From Rhynchobatus australiae (lineage: Eukaryota), in the NCBI GenBank assembly GCA_034780895.1, contig JAUZTB010000070.1, forward strand, positions 13,896,455 through 13,960,454: a stretch of DNA of 64,000 bases, written 5' to 3'. Positions 12,790 through 24,135 of this stretch are shown in pieces. The notes below the pieces were generated by a model, which was given only the letters and a program-made list of their open reading frames with translations, did no database searches and was not told the origin of the DNA. A program made the translations under genes and the position numbers. Position 1 is the stretch's first letter. Each line of letters starts with the position of its first letter.

Positions 12790-13330
12790 AAAAAAGGAAC
12801 TTTAAAGTTCCAAAGTGCTTCCCAAAAATGCTTTCAAACAATGTTTAGCCACAAAAGTTGGTCAAAGAACTAGATTTTAAGGACTATGTCAAAGGTAGAA
12901 AGAGGTTTAGGGGAGGATTTTCTGAGCTTGGGGCACCAGTGGCTAAAGAAATTGGCCATTTTGTGGTGGATCAATTAAATATAATGTTGGTTAAAGAAGC
13001 AAGATTAAGGAGGGCCAAAATCTAAGAATGTTACAGAGCTGAAGTACCTCAGAGGGATACATTAAGGGATTTGAAAACATGGATGAGAAATTTAAGTTAA
13101 AGCATTGCGTAACTGCGTGCTGTGTTGGTCAGCAAGCACAGCGGTGATGGGTCAGGATTTGGTTCAATTTAGGGCACATTTATTCCCAGGATTGAGAGTG
13201 CGGAAGGTGGAAAGTAAGCTTGGCAGAAATATTAGCTTAACTCATTTCCAGAAGTAACAAATATAGCCAAGGGTTTCTGCACCAGATGAGCCAAGGCAGA
13301 GATGGAGATGGGGAATTAAGGAGGCAAATG
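12790..13330 (-). mobile_element. L2 LINE 3' fragment
   Basis: ggtcaaaga..gttttaagg...gaggtttaggggagga.tttc.gagcttggggc; reverse complement of the L2 3' end at 39560. Confidence 0.6.
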
Positions 13331-14379
13331 ATGGCATGATAAGTGTTTTAAAAACTCTCAACAGCAACACTGAATGTGTTGATTTTCATATAAAATAGCA
13401 AGGTCATCTTGGAGAAGGGCAATGCTAAATACAGAAAGGTGCAAGTAAGCTAAAAGCAACTGCTGCCAGACAAAGCAGGTTATAACACTTCCAAAGGTAG
13501 CATCCTGGTAAGCCATTGTGGTTTCTCAACTGTAACCCTCACTACAAGTCATTAACAGCATTCAATAAGCTCAATTGTATTCCATCATTACAGTCTATAT
13601 GGGCAGTGCAACAAGCAGGTGAAATGAGAATAATGGAAACACAAATGACACCATCTTCTGGAAGTGTATTGTAAGCTTATCAGACAACACAATGCTGCTT
13701 GGGATTGGAACGCTTGTCTGTCTTGGATGAGTGACTGTGCTAAACTGTCCTAAATCTAATGCAGATTGTGCTCTGTGCACTGACATCCACCCTTCCGTGA
13801 GGTGCTTTGATCCTCCATCTCTGTTCACCCATTACTGCAATGTACTAGGGTAGATTTTTACAGTTCTGTCATTGTATCATGCAACTAACGAGGTCCTAAC
13901 TGGCAGTCAGAGAAATTTTGGTATGTTTTCATCTAATGTTTCCCATATTCCTTGGCATATTTCCATTTGGTCTAGTTAATAATTTAGTCAGTTTTCTACT
14001 GTTGAGCTAAATGATGAAAGCTTGTAACATTTGCAGTTTCCATATGTCACAATATTGCAGGCACAGAGGTTAGCACCACATTCCGCACACTCCTACTCTC
14101 CATTTCAATTCCTGCCTTGTTTATCCAGCACTTTAAATGATTCACTGCTATTTGCATTGACTATTCACTGTGGGAGAAGTTTCCACATTCTCACTGCTCT
14201 AGGTAAAGTTTCTCTTGAATTCCTAATGCATACTTAAAGCTGCCATTAAATGTTAATAAGAACCATTAAATATACTTGTCATCAGTTCTACATTAGTACC
14301 ATTTTATTTATTTCTTCCTTTCTGCCCCATTGGAAATAAAGTATTTCACACATGCAGGCAGTGCTGAGTGGGTGAACTC

Positions 14380-14920
14380 AGTGTCCTTTACTCCAAACCC
14401 GAGTACCAGAGCAAGAATGTCTTGCTGCAGCTATACGTGGACAAGGAGACCATATCTGGAGTATTATGGCAGTTACTGAGTTTTATACTACAGTTTTGGC
14501 CTCCTAATCTGTGAAAGGATATTCTTGCTATGGGGGAATGCATCAGTTAGGCCTGTGTTTATCGGCATTTAGAAAAGTGAGGGGGATCACATACAAAGCT
14601 AAAGTTCTAACAGAACTAGACGATAGAGACAGGGAGGATGTTCCCAAAGGTTAGAGGTTTTGGGGACTTCCTGGCCTTGGGCAGTAACAGTTAGAACTAA
14701 GATCAGAAGAACTCCAGAGGGAGGTAAACCTGTACCACAGAAGGCAGTGGAGGCCAAATCACTGAATACATTCAGGAAGGCAATGGATCTATTTCTTAAT
14801 ACTAAAGAGGAAATAAGGGCACTTGGGGAGAAAGCAGGTGCAGGTTATTGAAATAAAAGATCAGCTATGATTGTGTTGAATGCTGGAGCAGGGCAGAATG
14901 GCTAATTCCTGTTTTCTACG
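14380..14920 (+). mobile_element. CR1 LINE 3' fragment
   Basis: gagaccatatctggagtat...cagttttggcctcctaatct...gcagtggaggccaaatcactgaatacattcagg...gatcagctatgattgtgttgaatg tail. Confidence 0.75.
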
Positions 14921-15784
14921 TACCTGTGCATTAAACCATTTGACACTTAAGTTTCAGTGTAAAGATATGCTGATTGCCTGCAGTATAATCAAAGTGCAAT
15001 TCGCTCTCTCCTCTCCAAACTGCCCATTCTCCTTAAACATCTGATTTCTTCACACTGCCAGAACCACCTGCTCCTAACCCTCTCCCCAGAGGTCAAAGAA
15101 CAGAGCAGAGCCTCTTATTGGCATTTGCCGTGGCAACAAAAAACCTTGGTGGTGTTAGGTTGAAGTCACAGCTGACTGGTTGTAAATTTAGTCTGGTACA
15201 AGCCAGCTGTACAGAATTAAAGTGATGAAGTACTGCCAACTGAACAGTGTAAACAGAACAATTAGCCTGCATAAATATATTTCATTACTGTATGTAGAGT
15301 GTTTACAGTAGTGAGAATGTTCTTTTAAAAACTTACAAACCTCTAAATGGAGCTGTTCTTAATTGTTTTTAAACATGGTTATACTGTGAGTAATAGTGTG
15401 GTTGTTTTGCAGGCATAGTCTGGTGTATTTAAAATGAGTTGTTGGAGTACAAGTTGCATGTCCACTTTCCATTCTTACTCAAGTATTAATGTAAATGCAC
15501 AGGTAGAAGATGTAGATGTCTGCCTCCAGCTGTTCTTCCACTTCACTTTTTTGTTCATGTATGATAGCACTGAGCTGCTGCTTGCTGTGCTGGAGAGACA
15601 TTTGCAGAGAATAAGTGCTTGAGGCTAGCTCACCGTTTTCACTACTGAAATCAGCTTCTGTACTCCATGGGTGTACCCATGTTTCCTTGGGTCATGTCTT
15701 TGCAATGGGGTACTTGAATTATACTGATCAGTTGCCCCGATGTTTGCCATTGATGCACTGAATGCTTGTATGTTGTTCTTGCAG

Positions 15785-15882
15785 GATGATGTGGGCAGCA
15801 GGTGCTGTAGCTGCGATGTCCAGCATCACCTTCCCAGCAGTCAGTGCCCTTGTTTCTCGGAATGCCGACCCAGATCAGCAAG
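15785..15882 (+). CDS. MFSD14A: MFSD14/HIAT1 exon 10
   Basis: cttgcag|G ATG...CAA G|gtagga; 98 nt, MMWAAGAVAAMSSITFPAVSALVSRNADPDQQ(G). Confidence 0.96.
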
Positions 15883-16559
15883 GTAGGAATTTTTCCATTG
15901 TCCCTGAACTACATCCTGTCTTGAGCAAACTATTTTAAAACCTTCCAAAAGTTATAATCAGAATAACTATATATTAAAAATTGGCAGCAAGCAACAGTGC
16001 CATTTATTGGCCTCACTTGCCTGCATTCAGATCAGATGATGTGAAAAGTAATTTCTTGCTGGATTTCTGATTGGAGGATCATTGTACTGAATCCATTAAA
16101 AACTTGAGGGTCCTGGCGAATGTCTGTGCTGTACAGCTGATGATGGTAGTTAGTATTATTGCTCTCGAGGCTGATTGGGGTGACAGTGGGAAGGGGTTGT
16201 AGGCATGGGTGGAAGAAATTACCCTCCAATCTGCCTCCAATCACTGTTCTATATTAAATGTGCACCTTTCAGGGCCAATCGACCTGTTAACACTTACACT
16301 CAAATGTGGTCAGATGGAAATGGTAGTGCAATGCTACTGCTATTTATGGAAAATATACAGGGAAGGCCCCAGTGTTTCTGAAGAAAGTAAAGGAAGGAAA
16401 CTATTCTCACCATTGAATGATTTGGACTGGTGGGGTGGGGTACAGGGATGGAGAAGGCATAGTCTAAAAGTTTCAATACAAAATTAGTGAAAAACTGCAC
16501 ACTTGAGAGGGCAGTAGAAATATGGACCTCATCTGCAAACAGCAATTGATGCTGTCTCT

Positions 16560-16860
16560 CTGGAGGTCATAGAAAATTTGATTCCTTTCTCTCTAATCCT
16601 TTCATCATTACTCTAAGGCTATACCCCAAATCATTGATCCTTCCTATTTAAACTATGTGTTCCTCTTTTTTTAAAACAGCATATGTTTCTCTTTTGCTGC
16701 CCCTGCTCCATAAAAACAATCCTAGCCTATCAAATCCTTCCTCCTAACAACAGTTTACCAGCCTAAGCAACATCTTTGTAAATCTCCTTTGTACCTTCTC
16801 TAGTGTGATCACATTTTTCTTATAGAATAGTGACCTTAACTTTACATAATCCTCAAGTCT
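16560..16860 (-). mobile_element. CR1 LINE 3' fragment
   Basis: Minus strand reads KKNVITLEKVQRRFTKML, the CR1 ORF2 C-terminal motif. Confidence 0.65.
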
Positions 16861-17199
16861 GACTACTTTGGATGTAGTTCTAATAGTTAATTTACTGGTT
16901 TCAGACTTAAGATTTTGTTGAACAACTGTATTAAGGTGGGTCTCATCAGTCATAATCACATTGAACAGCAGAATAGGCTGGAGAGGTTAAGTAGTTGGTA
17001 CTTGTTCCTGTGCTAGTATGCATCAAGGGCATGAGTAAAGTGAACAAAATGAAATATTTTGAGAATTGCTCGAACGATTGTAAGACTGTGCAAATTTATT
17101 TCAGTAAGTAAATTTTCAGTCCTTTATTAGAAAGCAATGGATCTAATATAAAGATTTTAATTGATATATATTTGAGTTGATCCTATCCTGTTTCTTCAG

Positions 17200-17366
17200 G
17201 AGTTGTACAAGGAATGATCACTGGAATCCGTGGGTTGTGTAATGGTCTTGGTCCAGCACTGTACGGATTTGTATTCTATCTTTTTCACGTGGAACTAAAT
17301 GAAATGGGAGATGTTGATAACCCTGGTAAAGTTCCAAAAGGAAACATGCAGAATCCCACCGACGAG
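17200..17366 (+). CDS. MFSD14A: MFSD14/HIAT1 exon 11
   Basis: tcttcag|GA GTT...GAG|gtaagg; 167 nt, VVQGMITGIRGLCNGLGPALYGFVFYLFHVELNEMGDVDNPGKVPKGNMQNPTDE. Confidence 0.96.
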
Positions 17367-17859
17367 GTAAGGAAAACCATTTGTGTCCCCACATGTCTAT
17401 CAGATATCATCCTGAACCACAGTCAGCCTGTAACTTTTTCTTTACAAAACAAAAGGGGGCTGCCTCGGCTCTTTAGCTTTAAAAGTAGTGGAATGAAGTA
17501 CAAAATCCAAATTACACTTTGAAAGACAAGATTTAGGCCTTCGCTTGTATACTGTGCCCATCCCTCAGAACCACACTTTAGAAGGCATTGGCATGTATAC
17601 AGAAGTTATGTGGCAGAATAGCAGCAAAAATGGGGGGAATCTGGAGAAGCTGGAATTGTTCTCATGCCCCCTGAGTTACTTGTATCAAAAGAATTTCATT
17701 GTTTCTGATGTTCGTGAAGACTCAAATCGAATCAATTATTAAAAGGTAATACTATTATATTTAACTTATTTAACTCTTTAATGTTTGTTTAAAAAATAAT
17801 TAAATGTCCAGGGCCTTTTGCTATTTAAAAAAAAATTAAGAACAATGGTATAAGCAAGG

Positions 17860-18050
17860 AGATACTGGAAATCAGGTTGGGCAGCACCTGTGGAGAGGGA
17901 AACAAAGTTTACATTTTGGGTTAATCATTTTGAAAGATTATCTACTTGAAAATTAACTGTTTCTCTTTCCCTGCGAATACTTCCTGACCTACTGAGTGTT
18001 TCCAGCAATCTCTCTTTTTACTTTAGATTTCTAGCATCTGCAGTATTTTA
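17860..18050. mobile_element. Penelope-derived palindromic element (intron 11)
   Basis: Left arm caggttgggcagcacctgtggagagggaaacaaagttt and right arm aactgtttctctttccctgcgaatacttcctgacct are imperfect inverted repeats. Confidence 0.65.
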
Positions 18051-19198
18051 GTTTGGGGGTGTCATGTAATTGTTTAAATACACATAAGCTAATTCCTAAG
18101 AATATAAATATCCTGAAACTCATCTAACTTCCTACTTCATCATTAAAATGATTTGAGTCATTTAACTTCAGACAGGTCTGACTGCAAGAAAACTGAAGGA
18201 ATTTGGTGCCATAGTATTAGACTCCATGAGGCATCCATGTTCACATGAGTGGCTCTTGAAAATGTTTTGGTTGTCAAACTAGCAAACACTCTCCCCATCC
18301 ACCCACCAAAAAAATGTGTGCACTGCAGCTTTAAATCAAAGAAATATATTAATTCTAAAATTAGGAAGCATTTAAGTAATTGATTCCTATTGGGAGAATT
18401 GGTAAACAGAAAATACAGGTTTAAGATGTCTGGCAAAGGGTGAAATGAGGATAACTATTTTTGTGCCTTTATGAGACTTCCGAAGTACTTCAGTGGCTAA
18501 AGAGTTTGGGGATGACTTAAAGCATGATATGAAAGCAGGGTTTTGCAGTGGATAATTGATCTGGAAAGTGCTTAAAATTTTGAAGCAAATTAAACAAGAA
18601 TTTGGAAGAGAAGTATATAAATAGTTGGGAAAGGGGAAAAATGTTGGGCTAGTGAAAGGTCCCAGTTGGAGAGCTTTAGATGCTTATATAGAGACTAGCT
18701 TGCTCCTTGGGCAGATGTCAGATTGCTCACGATTCAGGGACATGCAGCAACAATTTGAATTTATTTTGGATTTGTAACATTGCATTCAAACAAATTTATC
18801 ATAAATTAGAGCAGGTGAGCAAGGTGTTCTGGCTGCTATTTCTTGCTCAATCATCATCACTAAAGTCAGATCAGGTAATTATTATTGTAACCTGGGAGAC
18901 AGCAACTTGCAAAAGTTGACTGGCTTATTTGCATAATGAAGTTGCTGCATTTTCAGGTACTTCACGGCTGGATTTCTAAATTATTTGTTATAAATGTGAA
19001 AGTTCATAATTTTCTTCCTCATTGGGCACCATGCTGGTAAACACAAGTAACAAGGATATTGAAACAAAATGATTTTTTTAATTGACATGTTGCTTTGTGT
19101 GACATTCTAAAAGTATTTGGGAAAAATGTCCTCGTGTTCATCTTGAAAAAGCCAACATATTATTGCTACTGATCCCTTTTTCCTCTTGTTCTTCTCAG

Positions 19199-19411
19199 AG
19201 CACCATAATCCCAGGACCTCCTTTTCTCTTTGGAGCCTGCTCGGTATTGCTTTCTCTGCTGGTTGCCTTGTTCATCCCTGAACATAGTGGCCTCCCTCTG
19301 CGTTCCGGCAGCTGGAAGAAACACAGTAATGGGTCCCAGGGTCACGCACACAGCCCGCAGAGCACAAGCCCTGATGGAAAGGAGCCTTTATTACAAGACA
19401 GTTGTGTATAA
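19199..19411 (+). CDS. MFSD14A: MFSD14/HIAT1 last coding exon (exon 12)
   Basis: ttctcag|AGC...GTA TAA (followed by TGA); STIIPGPPFLFGACSVLLSLLVALFIPEH...GKEPLLQDSCV*. The 11 exons sum to 1398 nt = 465 aa + stop. Confidence 0.97.
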   Translation, partial: STIIPGPPFLFGACSVLLSLLVALFIPEHSGLPLRSGSWKKHSNGSQGHAHSPQSTSPDGKEPLLQDSCV

Positions 19412-22400
19412 TGACAAAGAGCTGCCGATCTAGTGCAGCTCAAGATGGACGTGGAGATCAGACGTGGCTGCCAACCCAAGGTTTTCATTTTGGAAATACT
19501 AATATTTTCCTTGAGTTTTTCAATTGAAAGTTTTGTCTTTTAATTTAATGTTTTTTTTAAAAAAAAACATCTTTTCACAATGCCTTCTGGTCCTCCACCT
19601 GTTTAGCTTATTGGAGTCTGGAATCTCTTGGGTTGTTTACGTCAGTTGGTACGATGTCCAAATCCCTTAGGTACAGGATTTCGCTCCTCTGTTTTTGGTG
19701 CCTTGTGCACGACACCAGAAGTCTGTTACAATAGCTTGGCAAATTGCTATGCTACTTCTACTCGATGTTTTTGACATAGTGCTGCTGTTGGGGCTTCCCA
19801 GAAACATTATCTTGTAGGTGGCTGCAAGCTGGCTATAATGCCACTGAAATTTGCAGAGATCAACAAAAATCTCCATTTAAAATTGTCTTCTGACTGGACG
19901 AGATTAGGCAAGTCCTGGCAATTCTCTATTCAAATATCTGCTGCAGGTTTGGAGCAGTGTAAAAGTAACCAGGTGGAGTGGTGGTGAAATGGAGAGGGGG
20001 GTAGAAGTTTTGTGTGGGAATAGGATGTATTAGATGTATATGCTAATACCTGGCTTTCTAGTCTCTGCATAAGCAACTAATGCTTTTTTTTTAAAAAGCA
20101 GCAAATTGGTATGTGAACCATAATTTCTGGTCACTACCACTTATTTGGGTGGCCTTTTGGACTCCTGTGTTCCTCTCCTCCACTCTTCTGTACTTGGTAC
20201 TCATTCAATTTGGATCCCTGGAACTGAGATCCATCCTCTGACATTATTTCCAAACCTGGTAAGTTTTCCTTGATGGTGAACTCCTGTTTCCAATCAGACA
20301 GTTGTGGAGAACTAGAAGGTGCGAGGAGGAAGGCAGGAAGCTGGTGAACTCAACAAAGCAAGCTGCCCATTTGGTACTATGCAGAAATGGAGATATCCCC
20401 AGTTCCTGACCAGTCTTGTAAATGATTTTTTGTGGAAGGCAGGAAAACACTGCTGTTTCCCAGGCCAATCCCCCCTCCCCCCTCCCCCCTCATACTTGTG
20501 GGTCACTTTGCTTGTTGATGAGACAGGAGCAATAACTGCTGTTCCAGTGGGCCAGTTTTGGAGGAGGATTTGTACATGGTTAATTATGCACTGCCCCTAA
20601 CTCTATTAGCGCAATCTTAATCCATTGTGATAATCAATTAATTCTAACAGCATTTGGATTTTTACACCTAGGTTGTATGTAGCCCTGAGGACAAAAGTTG
20701 GATGAAGTTGCATGAAATCAGTCAGTCGCAACCTTTGACAGTTTCTTGTAAACTGTTATACAAGTCTTGGGTAGTGTTTCACACCATTGTGTTAATTAAT
20801 CTTCAAATGCATTGGTGTTAGAGTTTAGGCCGAGAGGAAACCCAGCCTGTGTTCTCCCCCTGGCAGCTGGTGGGGAAGAATGTGCATTTGTGTCACCTCT
20901 ACTTTTAGCCAACCCTTCTTCCCCCACCCCCCCCCCCACCCCTGTGTTCAAAAATTTTAACTTTCACTGTGAACATTGCCATGTTAGTGAACTACAAGAA
21001 AGTGTATGCATCTAGTCAACCAGATTACTGACAGCTCAAAATAATCAAGGGTGCAATGTGCATTTGACTAATCCTTATAAAACAACAAGATGCATGGTAT
21101 TTCCAGGATGGCAACAAACTTGGGCTGATTTAGTAATTATCAATGCTTCCTGTGTTGGAACTGTAGTGTGGAATCACTATTTTAAGAATAACCATATCCC
21201 CTCCTGCCCTGACCAGTACATTGCCCATCTGTATTGTAACTACCATGCCCAGCTCTGTGCACTTTTGATTTACACCACAGGATATTTGCAGAATGAATTG
21301 CTGATGAAAGAAATAAATGTGCCCGCTGAACTCGCTCTTGGCATGTGCCTCTACTCTCTCTAGCATCTGGTTCTGCTATTACTGTGCCATTGTTTCATTT
21401 ATCATTTTTATGGCAACTGTAAATTTTGTTTTCTGTTTGTACTTGTATATTTTGAAGTGAATTGGAGAGAGAGAGAGGGAAGACATTGAAAGTACCTTTT
21501 GTGTAAACTAGTAATCACTGTTTTTCTCTGGAGGGCTAATTGGTCTAAAGAAATGGGGCAAAAGACTGACCTTGGAGTCAATGTTTTTACTTTGTACATT
21601 GTAGATATACTGTAGAAATTTAGTCCATTATCAATAGGAGATGAGAATTTGTGGGGAGTCCCAGTGAAACTAAAAATCTGCCATAATGCATCTTCTGCAA
21701 CACAATTGTTCTCACACCCCCAAATTTTCTAGTCTTCACTAATGGTTTTGAAAGAACTCTGATGTGCAGTAGCCAAGTGACTCAATCATAACACCATACT
21801 CTTGATGACTAAGCAGCTTTCAACTAATTTTTTTAATTTCATAAACCTGTTCTATACTAAGAAGCTTAAATTGTGCCCTGTTGAATATCCACAAGCTGAA
21901 AATGACTTTCTTGGGGAGGTGGTCCAAGTTGTAAGAAACACAATGATACAACACACAGCAAAAAACCCAAAGCAATTCATTTGCTTGCCACTAGGTTGCA
22001 GAGTACCATGATTCAAAATGGGTGTATTCAACAAAAAATTAACCACTTTAACAAATTATGAATTTTCATTAGTGTTTAATTACCCATATGACGAGTAAAA
22101 TCTGATGGGATAATAAGCTTTATTGATGCTCCAATGTGGGCATTGAGAGGTGGTTATAGACCTCAAAGGATAATTGTACTTGTAATAGAGTACACTAAAA
22201 TTCAACAAAATAGTTGGTGTAACATTTACTGTAAAAGTTTATAGTGAAATTATAGAATTATATTGTATATCTACATATGCCAGACAATATTTCAGATTAC
22301 CTTCTCAAGATTTTTTTTGAGCACCAGTCAAGTTGGCCTTAATATGTGTGCTGTTTTAGAGCTAGTCTGAGGTGGGCATTATTTTTGAAACCTTTTCAAG

Positions 22401-23075
22401 GTTGGTGTTTCATCTTGCACCAAAATCTAAAACATTTTACTGGTTTGTCTAAATGTTTCCAGCTGACCTTCGTATGGTGCCCAGTGCAAGCTTGGGCAGT
22501 GGCTGAGTGTTGTTGGACTTGCCTTCATTGAAAGCAGGTAGATAATTGTGGGAACTGTATGGTAGTAAGCACTTCAGCATCATAGATCCTTCAGCTGGTC
22601 AAAGCAAGGTGATCATGGAGCCCAAAATAGGTCAGCTCTAGTATCTGGTCAACAGTGAGAGCAGAATTAAGAATGATAGGCCTGCAGTTGGTGTGAGCAT
22701 TCATAAAATATAGTGTGAACATGGAGTTATAAAATTATGCTATGTTCAGTCCCCCACATGATTATCTGAAGACTCCTGTTGAATTGCATCCTCTAAGGTT
22801 ATTGTTTGAGGACATGTCATTCTGGTTAGGGCTATCCAGCCTGTTGACCCTCCGACTTGTGTATTGATTTGCTGTATCAGAGGGTGTGTGGGACTGTAAG
22901 AAGAATTTCCAGTAGATTCAGGACTTTGTAAAAGTTATTATGTACAGTCCTGCTAAATATTAGCTTTGAAGTGCCATTGCTTGAAGGTTTACACTTGCAT
23001 TGGCAGCAAAAATGTTTAATTTCACCGTGAAAGGTGGTCTAATGGCTAATAAAGAATTTGAACCCTTGGTTAGAA
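19412..23075 (+). other. Probable long 3' UTR of the MFSD14 gene
   Basis: Follows the stop codon. U/A-rich with many TGTA motifs and no recognisable TE. AATAAA occurs at 21312, 23048 and 24432; the true 3' end is uncertain. Confidence 0.55.
23048..23053 (+). terminator. Candidate polyadenylation signal
   Basis: AATAAA with TGTA elements upstream (22927-22945) and GT-containing sequence downstream. Alternatives are at 21312-21317 and 24432-24437. Confidence 0.45.
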
Positions 23076-23844
23076 TATACTTCATGTGGAAGTGTAGTGA
23101 GGGAATCCACTTCAAATGTGAAAGCTAAGGCTACTTTTGTACTGCCTGTAACCTATAACTTAACTAAACTAGGCAGTATGTCTGTCAATAAGATGCAGTG
23201 AGTTTATCTAATAATGCATACTGTATTAAGAAAGAGGTAGGCTTCTGCCCAGCCTGGTGCTCAAAAGAAATACTAAATGATCCCAACAAAGGAATTTCCC
23301 CTTCCCCATCAGCTGGGAGAGCAAACTTCATAAATGGGCTTTCATTGACATTTGTGAATGGTGCTCAGTGATCAGCTGTGGGTGATGTTCTAAATCTCCA
23401 CTTTTACCCATCCCAACTACCTCTTTTGAGGTTGTCTTTTTATAGTTAGTATATGAAAAGCTATTTTTGTTTGCTTGAAGTTTCTTGAGAGGTTGATCTT
23501 ATTTTCAAGAATATCTACTGGATTAACTAATCCTCTGTTTGGTTCTGTCCCATATGCACATGTGAAGAAAGTGTTTAAGCAGTGTTACTAAATGGAATAA
23601 TTTAATCATGCATTTTATAGAAATAGATTTCTTTCACGTTTAAAGCTTGCTAATTTAGGGTTTTTAAACGAGCATAATTGGTGCAATCACGCTGAATGTC
23701 AAGTTTTAAACCCAGGCAAACCCTTTGAAGTTAATGTCTTGAGCTATTATCCTGCTATTGTCATGGCTTGGCATCAATGAGCAAATGAAATGGTGATCAG
23801 TGCCATGCTGAGTGAACCTGCATTATAAAAGGTGCTACCTTAGT

Positions 23845-24135
23845 GAGATGTTAAACCAAGACCCTGTTTGTCTCTTGGGTGGATGTAAAAGATCCCATGG
23901 CATTCTTCCAAAGAAGAACCGGGACATCTCTCTGTGGGCCTGTGTTCTTTTCTCAACAAAAAGAAAATGGATTATCTGATCAGAAGCATTTTGCCAGGTT
24001 TTTTTGCTAATTTCCCGTGCAGACTTTGGCTGCTTTTCCAACCTACAATGGTTGATGCACTTTGAAGAGAAGTTAACTCTAACTTCAGGATGTTCTGAGG
24101 CCATCATAGGCACTATAGAACTGAAAGTCCTTTCA
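23845..24135 (+). mobile_element. Deu-domain SINE (SacSINE1/AmnSINE-like)
   Basis: gagatgttaaaccaagaccctgt...gggtggatgtaaaagatcccatggca (Deu core) and tail ttggctgcttttcc...gatgttctgaggccatcataggcactatagaa. Confidence 0.75.

Noticed and set aside
19698-21270. miRNA seed matches in the 3' UTR (GTGCCTT, TGCTGCT, GTGCAAT, GCACTTT)
   Set aside because: Single 7-mers are expected by chance in several kb and mean little without conservation data.
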